Shown piece after piece: positions 1 to 10,556 of a DNA stretch of 64,000 nt. Within the stretch, counting starts at the first letter, position 1; every line of letters begins with the position of its first letter. Origin of the DNA: Sporopachydermia quercuum (Eukaryota); NCBI GenBank assembly GCA_001599295.1, contig BCGN01000001.1:1178001-1242000 (forward strand). The letters run 5' to 3'. The notes below the pieces were generated by a model. That model did not search any database and was not told where the DNA came from. It saw only the letters and a list, made by a program, of their open reading frames with translations. A program made the position numbers and the translations under genes.

Positions 1-202
1 AGAGGAGAAAGATCTTGCTTATATTCGTCGTTTATCGAATGTTATGATATTCATTAATGTTCCTTACTATGCAACAGCACAGGTTATCAATCGCATTCTA
101 ACCAATTCTTCTAGAAAGTAGAATCCATGATCATCAGCTAATCCGTCAGTCCTTTGTGTGAGATTTATCAACTTTTTCTTCGAAAACTAAATAAGCATCA
201 AT

Positions 203-2530
203 ATGCCATTGGTTAATAACCATTTGGATCAATTTATCTACAAAGAACATACCTGTACAAGTAGTATATCAACAAACAGGAATTTAGCTTTAGAAGTATT
301 TGCATCTGAGTGTCCGTTATATATGACACATTACCAAACAAACAACTCTTCGAAACTCCTGAGGGAGGCTGTATCAGATGAGCTAGATTCTAATCCTGAA
401 GATGACAACCGCTCACAGCAAGTTCTTCCAGATTATGTTGATATTCTGAAGGAATCGGAGTCACTGCCGAACTGGGATCAACATGGTTATGTTGTTGCTT
501 CGGATTCGCAGTCGCTATTGAGTTCATTGGTGAGTAGAGATCATGAAATGGACCCAAGCACTACCAATGAATCAGAATATGTCTCATCACTGACCTCTAA
601 TAGTGAAGAGTTGATGGTTCCTCATATTCATGCGCAACAACCTAGTATGTCTCCAAACAGATCGTCAAGAGACAGTTACCATCAGTTACCATCAATACCT
701 TCATTAGCTACTAAGGTGAATATCGCGATTGAATTGCTGCCGTCTACCGCGAACTTATCAAAAATAACATCTGTAACCGAATATACAAATGGTGATATTT
801 TATCAGGTATAGCAACTGTAACCAACGTATCAATGAAAGCAGTCAAATTCAGTGATTTCATCATTAAGCTACAAGGAGTTGTTGCATCAGAGCTAGATGG
901 TACATTTCAGAGGTCTGTCAATGAGCGAGTGTTTCTGAAAGTATATGATCACACTGCTTGTTTCAATGGTTTTAATAATGAGAATGATCTACCTAAAGAC
1001 CAGATATTACCACCAAAAAGTTCTTTCAAAATCCCTTTCAAATTCGTTATCCCATACAACTTGCTAGAAACAGCTTGCTCTTGCGAGCTGTTAAGTCACC
1101 GAATACTACCGCCTTCGTACGGCATTGATACTAGTTTTGCTTCAGCTTCTACAAAGAAAGACTTCAAAGTGAAGGAACCTTTAGGCTATTTTGCTGCTGG
1201 GAAACCAGGTACGTTACTGGTAATAGATGACAAATCTTCCCCATTATGGTCAACAACCTATTCAATTGTTGCAATAATGACAGCGGATATTGAATCTGAT
1301 CAAAGTAGCAAGAAGATGCAAAAACCTTCATTAATGCCAATGAGATCAGACTCCTCGTCTAATGCAAATTTTCCTATGGCGGTTGGGTTATCGCCCTCAA
1401 CAACTCATGATAGTGGTGGTACGGGCGTTATCAAAAAAAGAACGTTCTATTTAAGGTTCAAACCAACGATTAATGCTTCTCAGAAATTAACTCTGCAAAA
1501 TGATTTAACCCCTAATAACAAACTGAAGTTTCAACAGATGATTAACAGTTATCTTGACTACTGCAGGAGAAACATAGCAACAATTGAGCCAACGTTCGAT
1601 TATGATACAGCTGAAGCTAATGAACTGATCAATTCCTTATCAAGAAATAGCTCCTCTGAGAAAATGAATACTGCTTCATCAACAACAGTCTTCAGAGGTA
1701 AACGGTTCATATTCAATCACCCAGAAATAGAGGAGACTGCTGATATCGATATCATCAATAACTACATTACAGAAAGATTTCAACTAGCAAAAACAAGTAA
1801 ACTTTTCCATAAAACAACTTTTAAGCATAAACATGCAACAAAATCAGATAAGGCAGAGACGTTGCCAGAGTTGACCATCAAATGTAAGTTTGATGAACTG
1901 AAAAATATTCCAACAAAACTTCCAAAAATCATTGAGAAAACAAATGAAAGATTATACTCTTCGGGGTCGTTGGAAGACTATTTAACTCATATTCCCTTAA
2001 AGTTAAATTTGATAGGCCAAAGTAATAGACCTAAGATATCCAAGATCATTTGCAGTTTGCTGATTCATGACGTTCAAACAAAAGCATCTGTTCCTATCGT
2101 TTATGATCTTGGTATGGTTAAAAGTAACGGAAAACTTGATCAACTTCAAAAATATCTGCAATCTAGAGCTAAGCACAATATTTTAGACCCTCAGAATCAA
2201 GACGGTAGCAAGTACTTCAAAGATATGGTAATTACCCATCACAGTATTGAATTGTCAAACAGTGTACTGGCTNATTCTAGTGTTGAGTGGAAACAAGTAA
2301 ACAATACAGACATCGGCGGCTCTTCACAGGTAGAGCTTGAAGGCATGATTAATGTTCCCATTGATTTGTCTTCTGTTTCAACTATTATTCCTTCTTTTCA
2401 GTACTGTAATGTAGCAAGAATGTATTCCATACAAATACAAATCGCATTCGAACGAGGATTTTCTTTTATCAACCACAAGAGCGGAAAAGAAGACAAAAGA
2501 GCAACTATCGAAATACCAATCTCAGCTTAA
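203..2530 (+). CDS. BUL1: Bul1/Bul2-family arrestin-like Rsp5 ubiquitin-ligase adaptor (775 aa)
   Basis: Bul1_N-like segments (EYTNGDILSGIATVTN, FKFVIPYNLLETAC...ILPPSYG), C-terminal IIPSFQYCNVARMYSIQIQI, PY-like LPDY/PPSY motifs; recognised by eye. Confidence 0.75.
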   Translation: MPLVNNHLDQFIYKEHTCTSSISTNRNLALEVFASECPLYMTHYQTNNSSKLLREAVSDELDSNPEDDNRSQQVLPDYVDILKESESLPNWDQHGYVVASDSQSLLSSLVSRDHEMDPSTTNESEYVSSLTSNSEELMVPHIHAQQPSMSPNRSSRDSYHQLPSIPSLATKVNIAIELLPSTANLSKITSVTEYTNGDILSGIATVTNVSMKAVKFSDFIIKLQGVVASELDGTFQRSVNERVFLKVYDHTACFNGFNNENDLPKDQILPPKSSFKIPFKFVIPYNLLETACSCELLSHRILPPSYGIDTSFASASTKKDFKVKEPLGYFAAGKPGTLLVIDDKSSPLWSTTYSIVAIMTADIESDQSSKKMQKPSLMPMRSDSSSNANFPMAVGLSPSTTHDSGGTGVIKKRTFYLRFKPTINASQKLTLQNDLTPNNKLKFQQMINSYLDYCRRNIATIEPTFDYDTAEANELINSLSRNSSSEKMNTASSTTVFRGKRFIFNHPEIEETADIDIINNYITERFQLAKTSKLFHKTTFKHKHATKSDKAETLPELTIKCKFDELKNIPTKLPKIIEKTNERLYSSGSLEDYLTHIPLKLNLIGQSNRPKISKIICSLLIHDVQTKASVPIVYDLGMVKSNGKLDQLQKYLQSRAKHNILDPQNQDGSKYFKDMVITHHSIELSNSVLAXSSVEWKQVNNTDIGGSSQVELEGMINVPIDLSSVSTIIPSFQYCNVARMYSIQIQIAFERGFSFINHKSGKEDKRATIEIPISA

Positions 2531-5402
2531 TCCTCCTAGATTCATTCTTCCATTTTTCCATAGTTAATATATCATCAGGCTGTATTTATGTATGCATATA
2601 TTTGATCCTCACTTTTTCAGGTGCAGTCAGTCATTATACCTAAATCCCATAACTTGCGGTCGGATAAAGACGGACGAAGACATTTAATTATAAGTTTGTT
2701 ATTCAGACAACAACCTCACCTAGTATATGAATTAAACATCGGGATGATTACCCATTATATACATTATCGAGCTGTGCTGTTGGAATAAGGTTTCGATGAG
2801 ATAAGAAGTTTTGATGCCGCATGAGGAAATAGTAGTGCTGACATCAAAATTTTGAGAGCGAGGAAGGAAATTCGGTTAGAGACTCAAATGATTCTAACAC
2901 AATATACATTTAATTCAGTAGTTTCAAGCCCAACAATAGAATGCTAATAGTAAAGAAGATTCGTTACAACTATTATTTGATTCATAAATTCGAAGAGTCT
3001 CTGATAAGTTACCGATGAAGAGAAATTATTAACAATGCATAATAATGCATAAATCCGAACTCTAATATGTATTGGAATTGAGGAAAGGCAAATTAAATTG
3101 TTCATTCTTTCTTTCTGAATTGCCAAATAACACACAATGAGTGATATACAATAAACCATATCAATATAATCAATCGATTGAAACTAAGGATTGTGTAATT
3201 TGATCCCTTTATTGAACGAAGCCGTAATCATTTCTTCTCAATAGTTCATTTTCGCATATAATAACGGATAATCCAGCCAGTACTTGGATGTTGAATAATG
3301 TCAGGTTCGCTAGGTATAGTGAAGAAAGATTGCACACACTTTAACATCTAAGCGACCGGGCATAAGTAGGAAATTTCGAAGGAAACAGATTTTATAATTC
3401 TTTCGAGCATTCATTATCATAATTAACTGCGATTCANTCATTCTCTTTCGCATAGAATGCATTCTGCACGTGATATTACTACTTAAGCAAAGCTGAACTA
3501 TAAAAGGAACACAATGGCAAACGTTCAAAAATCAATACATATTAAGAAAATACACCTATTCCTATCTGTTTCAACAACTAAACCAACTACCATTATCTTG
3601 TCAGCCACAACAACTAACCCATGTCTCACCAGTAGACCTTCTAACAAACGTCCCCAACCATGNAACCTCTGATTCCATTTCACTTTTTTACAAGTTGTAG
3701 ACAGTAAGGGAAGTACATATAGTGCAAAATTCCTGCTTTCTTTCTCTTTAAACGCTAATCTTTCACCGTCCAAATAGGTTGTNAACTTGCACTTCAATCA
3801 GTAAAACACATCTTCTCAGTTTCAAGTTTTCAAGTTTTTCATTTATTCCTTCTTCTTCTTTTGAAAGAACTCGCTTCTCAAGTAACTAGCGCTACAAGAA
3901 GAACTCATTTATTCATTTCAATTGTTAATGCAAGGAGTCCCTTTAACCTTAATTTAATGTTTTCCTACTCAGCTCTACGTCTACTTCACTCTAAAATAAA
4001 GACAGAACTCACATTCGTTTATTGAATAAATAACAAATATCCTGAACAAATTTCTTCTAATCCACACTGCAACTGCAGTACATCAGATACACCATCGATA
4101 GTTAAATAACTTAATAATAAACGGCTTATACCGGTATGGGCGAGTTATGAACTTTCATAGATACGTTCTGGTCGAATTTTATATGTTGTACTGCAGAAGT
4201 GTGCATTGAATTTAACGAATTGGGAAGCTCCCCAAACCAATGTCCAGCGAGTAGTTTGTCGTTTGAATTCATAACATAGTGGAGGTGAAATTACCTGAAT
4301 CCAGTGTTCATTGATGCAGGTTGTGAACTCTGAAAATATGGGTTTATTTGCCTCCATCTGTAGCTCAATTTGTAGTAGTTCTCAATCTAAATTTGCTGGA
4401 AAATTTTGTGCCAGCGCTCTCTGGCATTTGGACTCTTTCGGGCTGAGAAATTTAAGTTTGTATTTTACTCACTTTCACTATTTGGTCAACTTTAAAAAGG
4501 GCCGTTCCCATCATTTCTCGGGAATAGGAGAAACTGGAATTTGTTGCTGAGAAAACCTGGGGAAATTTTACAAAGAAAACAGGCTATCTAGTGAAGGAAT
4601 AACCAAATAGGCCTCATCAGTCCGAAAGAAAGGGAAAAGAACATAGACTAAAGAGCAATTCTAAGGACGTCTATTTAATTATAGCAAAATAATATTATGG
4701 TTTTGTATCTCGCNTNCTNNNAGNANGCGAGATCTTCAGGTCTAGGGGGTCTCTGACCGCCAGACAAGCCTAGCTAATTCTCCAGAAATCGCAACTAAAT
4801 ATTTGAACTGGAGAATTGCTTACACCGTGAAACTCTTTCTTATTGGTATATATCACAAATTTTCATTATTAAATTTTTCTTTTAACTACCATATCTCATC
4901 TTCTTCGTCCGCCTTTTTTTTCTTTCATTCCAGTGAGATTTGCATCTCATCGGAGTCAACGTTGACAGATTAAGATTAGCGTTTACAACTACAGACAACC
5001 TTAAGTGGGGAACTCTAAAACTTTACTTCTATAGCATCATGCTTACCAAGATTTTTCAAGATATTCTCAAGCTTTTCATTATATAAACGAGGATTGGCTA
5101 TTCATTAACAAATAAACATAAATGAAAGAAGTCCACTTGATGAACTTGTTTACTATGGATCATTGTTCTTCCTTAAGCTATAAATTGGACAACTAGTACA
5201 ATCAATAAGGAAATACCCCGTACGAGGTAGATTTTAGATCACAGGGTTGAGTATCATTTCAAGCCATCAATCAGCTATTAAGGAGCAGGGAGTTCCAACA
5301 AAAAATAGTTGCTATCATCAGTTATAGCAGGCACCAAAGAAAATATCAATCAATTAATTGAAATACAAAGGCATTTAATCTAGCTGAACAGTTCAATAAA
5401 AG

Positions 5403-7277
5403 ATGAACTCAATTTCTATTTTAGATCTACCTGATGAGATTCTCTTCAAGATCCTACATGATGTGTTCATGACAACTAATGAACACTCAGGTTTCTATAT
5501 AAACGATAGAAGGAAATGGAAATTTAGTAAAAACGTTCCATATGTTTGCAGAAGATTCAATCAATTGTCTTACCAAATCCTTTATAATTCAGTTGTTTTA
5601 GAAACCGAGACTCAACTGATTGACTTCCTTTCAAATTCAAATCCTCAAAGTCATCAATTTATCAAATACTTCAACGTATCGAAATTGCATGATAGCAGTA
5701 AATCGTTCTCCAAGAGGAAATCAGTGACTGAACAATTGCCAGAATTCCAACTAAAATTCAATTCAACTCTCCAGTTATCAAAAGTAAAGTTATCTCCAGC
5801 AATTGATCGTTTTCTTACTTACAATTCCTTGCTACAGTTACTTTCTGGGCCAAGAGGTCATCTGAAGTATCTTGATATGTCAGGTATTGATACTGAACAT
5901 TTCAATGAATTATGGGTACAGTTAGTCAATGATACCGAAAGGAGAAATGAAGTTGTTCCTTTGTTGAAACAACTAAAAGGCATATCATTTCATGGATGCA
6001 CTACTTTACAACCTGAGGTATTTGAATTTGTTCTCAGGCATTTAAAATCTATCAAGAAGCTTGATTTATCAAAGACCCAGGTCATGGCTGATCACCTAGT
6101 ATCTCTATTGAAGGCCCACGATGATGATGATGATGCTGATGATGAAAATGAAGATAAAGAACTACAATTGACACACCTATCGCTCACAAATTGTACTAAT
6201 CTTTGGAATAGTTNTGAGCTAAACGCATCAATCACATTTTTCTCATTCTTAGCAAGGTTACCGCATCCTGATAAATGTGTTTTCTTGTCAATAGAATCAA
6301 CTACTAAACAACGAAATACTTTCACCCCTACAATGATTAGATCCTTGCTTGAAGTCCTAGATACAAAGGGTTTTGTCAATCTTCAGTATCTGAACATATC
6401 GAATCTAGTACCTTCTTTAACGGATGATCTACTTACCAATTTGAGGACTATTTTGTTGAAATGCAGCAACTCTCTGGTGTCATTATTCTTAAAGAATATC
6501 AACATTGCACCAGGAAGAGTGTTGAAATTGGTCAATGGATTAGAAAAGCTGAACTTCATTGATNTCAGTTTCAATCCGTCAGTAGCCTCATTTACTTTAA
6601 AGGGGACATCGTTTCTATTGGATTTACCAGAAAACGTTTCAGTGTTAGAATTCGAGCCATCAGTTTTAGAGTCAATCAAACCTGAAAGATTGGCCGAGAA
6701 AAATTGGAAAGTTACATCTTTACAAGGATCCAAACGATCATGGATTGTGAAGAATATAATAAAACCGGCAGTATCAACTACACGTTTAGCTGAAAGTTCT
6801 ACTTCCGAAGCAGTTTCAGAATCTCTGGATGACCACTTGTTTCAACCTATTGAAGAAGATGAAACAATATCTATTACTGTTAATTCAGAACCAATGGCAC
6901 CATCAACAGGCTCAGTATTCCGTTCACGATCAAGATCTCGCCACAGAAACAGATCTGTGGCACGGTCACCCAGTTTATCTTCTGCTCACCGGTCAATCTC
7001 TCGTTCCATGTCAAGACCGCGTAACGATTTCTCTCCTCCTCCACCAACAGGTTCAGTATTTACTAGTTCATATGTAAATGCCGACAACTATTCATTAGAT
7101 TCATTAACTACTTATACACATTCTGATAGTATAGCCACAGTGAGAACTAAGACATCAGCTGTACCCAATCTTGATATGGACGCCAGGTTAGTCTATGCAT
7201 CAAAGAAGTTAAGTTTAGATGATGATTCTGAAACAGTGGAAGATGGCGTTTACCGGTTCCTTGCTTTACGAACATAA
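5403..7277 (+). CDS. F-box plus leucine-rich-repeat protein (YLR352W-like), 624 aa
   Basis: N-terminal F-box ILDLPDEILFKIL...VCRRFNQL, then LRR-like repeats (LKYLDMSG, LKGISFHGC, IKKLDLSKT, LTHLSLTNC, LQYLNISN). Confidence 0.75.
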   Translation: MNSISILDLPDEILFKILHDVFMTTNEHSGFYINDRRKWKFSKNVPYVCRRFNQLSYQILYNSVVLETETQLIDFLSNSNPQSHQFIKYFNVSKLHDSSKSFSKRKSVTEQLPEFQLKFNSTLQLSKVKLSPAIDRFLTYNSLLQLLSGPRGHLKYLDMSGIDTEHFNELWVQLVNDTERRNEVVPLLKQLKGISFHGCTTLQPEVFEFVLRHLKSIKKLDLSKTQVMADHLVSLLKAHDDDDDADDENEDKELQLTHLSLTNCTNLWNSXELNASITFFSFLARLPHPDKCVFLSIESTTKQRNTFTPTMIRSLLEVLDTKGFVNLQYLNISNLVPSLTDDLLTNLRTILLKCSNSLVSLFLKNINIAPGRVLKLVNGLEKLNFIDXSFNPSVASFTLKGTSFLLDLPENVSVLEFEPSVLESIKPERLAEKNWKVTSLQGSKRSWIVKNIIKPAVSTTRLAESSTSEAVSESLDDHLFQPIEEDETISITVNSEPMAPSTGSVFRSRSRSRHRNRSVARSPSLSSAHRSISRSMSRPRNDFSPPPPTGSVFTSSYVNADNYSLDSLTTYTHSDSIATVRTKTSAVPNLDMDARLVYASKKLSLDDDSETVEDGVYRFLALRT

Positions 7278-7415
7278 GTAATATCAATTCCAAGATATGA
7301 CCATGTTAAACCTTGCAGTTTATTTTTTGGTTATAATTATATTACATAGGGAATACTATCAATTCTGATGAAATCAACAAATATAAATAAGCATTATGAC
7401 AGCTCGAAGCTTAAT

Positions 7416-9248
7416 CTATCGAGAATGATAATTATCTGATTTCACGTAATTTACTCTTCTGTCAACTGCTTCTATACCATGTTTCTGTTGTAAATAGTTT
7501 CTTGCCTCTTGACTTCTAGTCCCGCGTTTCCTTGTCATTATTAGTATCTGTTTATCATCCTCAGCAGTCCAAATTCCTGGAATATTACTGAAAAGTTCAT
7601 CAATTCTTTTAACCAATGTACCATTATCCAATTCGGGATCAGTTTTTACTAGATCTGACTTCAGTATAGTACTCAAGCACATGTTGAAAGTATGATTATC
7701 ATCACCTAAAAGACTTTCAACAGCTTGTTCCACAAAATGTGGATGTACATCAAAAAGCTCAGATATTATTATTACATATTTTTGGACTTCTTGCTGATAT
7801 ACTGCCGTAGAGAGAAGGAAATCGGGTGCTTCTGGTAATTCAATATCACTTCCTGGCTGTTGACCAAATTGATGGTGATTTGGTGATTCTGACGCTGATA
7901 TAGTAGTTGTAGTTGTGGTAGTGGTAGTTGTTATAGTTCTATGACTATCATTGATATCAGTTTCGCTGTCCCGTCGTTGCTTGGGAAATATTTTGTTGAC
8001 AAATGTTGATAGCAGCCAACCAGCACGGGAAGGACTGGTTCCATCTTGTAAATTGTCTTGATGTGAACGGATTTGACGTTGTGGTGTTGTTTGAAAGAAA
8101 GAAGAGTCCAAATTACGGGATTCGTCTGATAAATGAATATGTGGCGTGTTTGATTGAGAAGTCGGTTCGTCAATTGACGATCTTTGTAAGGTTTCTAAAG
8201 CTCCTCTGTTTATTATTATCGATTCATGTTCTCCAGTTTCTTCCTGTTGCTCTAAAACTGTTGTTTTTTCTTCATTTTTACTTTCTTCTCTTGATTCTTC
8301 GTGGTTTCTGTTCTCCTTCTCGTGAAATTGACTCGTTCTTCTATGATCATCAGCAGATAATATACTATCTAATTTACCTTCTGCCTCAGCTTTGAGTAGT
8401 TTCCGGAGTTTAAATCGTACACCGTAGAAATTCCGCTCTTTGTTAAATTTATCCTTGATATCCTCAACTATTCTTCTACATATTTCTGCTTCCGATTGCT
8501 TTTGGGATTTACCTTGCCTATACTTTGAAATCATAAATCGTACTTCATCTTCCGAATACAACCTTTCGTCTACTTCTTCACCATTAGGATTTTCGTTTTC
8601 AGAATCCGAATTCGATTCCAAATCAATGTCTAAATCTTTCTCTTGGGAAAATTCTACTAATTCATCAACACTCAATGTTTTCTCCTTAAACTTCCGTAAT
8701 TGGTGTTCTTTGACTAACACCCTGACCTTAGCTCGAACTCCATAAAAAGTTCTGTTTGCGCTATCATCTAAATGACGCAGTATTCCACGTACAATTGAAG
8801 CTTCTGAGNGTTGTTTTCTATATCCTGTGGCAATCCTTTGAATCATCATCTTCTCTTCTTGTGGGGTATATACTACTCGTNTAAATTTAGTAGTTTCAAT
8901 TTTTGACCTTGTTTCAAAAGGAGCAAAATCCACCATTTTCTCTTTGGAAATACTCTCATAAACGTAATCAGTATTCAATACTGGCTTCTCAGGTATATTA
9001 TTGATTTCCTCGTTTTTAAACCTATCGACAAGAACAATATCTGCATCATTGATGTTATGTACTACTTTCCCTCCATTTTTTATTATCAAATCTTCTAGCA
9101 TAGAAGTAGCAAATTCCATGTCGTCAATACTCTGAATATAAAATATTAAGGGTACGTTAGAGCCATTTTTAGTGAAAATTGGAGCAATGATAGTGGTNGT
9201 TTCGCTGTTAGATTCATCATCAGTATTGTTTGATGATGCAGTAGTCAT
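7416..9248 (-). CDS. RAP1: Rap1-like telomere protein, paralogue A: BRCT + two Myb-like repeats + Rap1 C-terminal (RCT) domain, 610 aa
   Basis: BRCT-like IFTK...LEDLIIKNGGKVV...DADIVLVD...DYVYESI; repeats YTPQEE...RTFYGVRAKVRVL and YSEDEV...RNFYGVRFKLRKL; RCT signature IPGIWTAEDD...KHG...R. Confidence 0.75.
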   Translation of the reverse strand: MTTASSNNTDDESNSEXTTIIAPIFTKNGSNVPLIFYIQSIDDMEFATSMLEDLIIKNGGKVVHNINDADIVLVDRFKNEEINNIPEKPVLNTDYVYESISKEKMVDFAPFETRSKIETTKFXRVVYTPQEEKMMIQRIATGYRKQXSEASIVRGILRHLDDSANRTFYGVRAKVRVLVKEHQLRKFKEKTLSVDELVEFSQEKDLDIDLESNSDSENENPNGEEVDERLYSEDEVRFMISKYRQGKSQKQSEAEICRRIVEDIKDKFNKERNFYGVRFKLRKLLKAEAEGKLDSILSADDHRRTSQFHEKENRNHEESREESKNEEKTTVLEQQEETGEHESIIINRGALETLQRSSIDEPTSQSNTPHIHLSDESRNLDSSFFQTTPQRQIRSHQDNLQDGTSPSRAGWLLSTFVNKIFPKQRRDSETDINDSHRTITTTTTTTTTTISASESPNHHQFGQQPGSDIELPEAPDFLLSTAVYQQEVQKYVIIISELFDVHPHFVEQAVESLLGDDNHTFNMCLSTILKSDLVKTDPELDNGTLVKRIDELFSNIPGIWTAEDDKQILIMTRKRGTRSQEARNYLQQKHGIEAVDRRVNYVKSDNYHSR

Positions 9249-10556
9249 TGTGCCTGTGATTGCTGATAAGGTAAATCACAACAAGTAGATAGATGTATCT
9301 GATACTGTTGATAAGCAAGTGAAAGTGAAAGTAAGTCAAAAAGAGAAAAATAGTTTACTATTGAGGTTGGCCCTTAATGAAATACGAGTATTTAATTGTG
9401 TAGTTTGACCATAGCAGTTGAGTTCGCTACTGGATAGTAGTATGGTTTCGATAGTAAATAGGAGGAAAGGGAGGGGTGAAGGAGGTTTCGTTTACTCGGA
9501 ATTAAAGTTTGGATTCATGCGAGAGTTATGCAATGTGTATGCAGCTAAGTTATCTAATTGGTGGGTATTCAACATACATACGAAATGATAATAATAAGTT
9601 GATGGATGGTGAAAAAATATAATAAAATAAAATAAAAAATGGGTATTGAGAAGTATTGCAAGTTGACTATTCCTCAAATATCGAGCTGCAACTTAGTATT
9701 CATTGTATGTAATGAGCTAGCGCGATATAGCATATGTAGCTTTTCATAATAGTAAGGAATAAGAAGAGGTAGAGCAAAAGCAAATACTGTAAACTCAAAT
9801 TAAAGTGTATGTCAATCATTGATGGTGAGAAGGGATACTTGTCTCAGTAGGAATGATGGTTGAGAGTATTTCAGTTAAAGGTGTTAGAAGTAGATACTTA
9901 TTTTAAGCTTTCTTTCNTTGAATTTGGTAAGTAGATAGAGCTCGTTATTTGTCTTCCTCACATGTTTGACAACACGCATGGAATCATTGATGTTAAGGTT
10001 TGTTGTTGACAGGCTAAAACCTTATGAAATGGTTATCTTCATTGTACTTCTAAAGCTATTAGCTATAATGAACCAACTATAAGAAAGAAAAACAAAAGGC
10101 TGCTGTATGTCAAGCTATTTATCTTCTCATCAAATAATCTTTCTATCCTGAAAATTAAATCACTGAAGTCTTCCGTATAATAACTATAGAAACTTAACAA
10201 AGAAGTTGCTGGATTATAGTTCTAGCTTAGGTTTTGACCGTTAACTTTAAATTTATTTGAAACTTTAGCTCTACTGATTCATTTCATTTAAAATAATCTG
10301 ATAACATAGAAGTAGGCCGACTTGTCAATAGATAGAGCTGTCCTAGTCTACGTAAAATAAACAACTACACTTACCGTCATGTCTATATCTTCTCAAAAGT
10401 ACTCCTTGAAACATTGATCCGCAAATTTATCTACATTACATCTATACATTCATCTTGAAAATACCTTGTATCTAACTTTGAATTGCATCTTCACTATCTT
10501 CTAATCGTACATACAAATCAATAATAAATTTCACTACAATACACGCTTATCTAAAA

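Noticed and set aside
6901..7065. Short internal repeat PSTGSVF/PPTGSVF in F-box protein tail
   Set aside because: Two copies of about 17 nt in a low-complexity region; no functional inference possible
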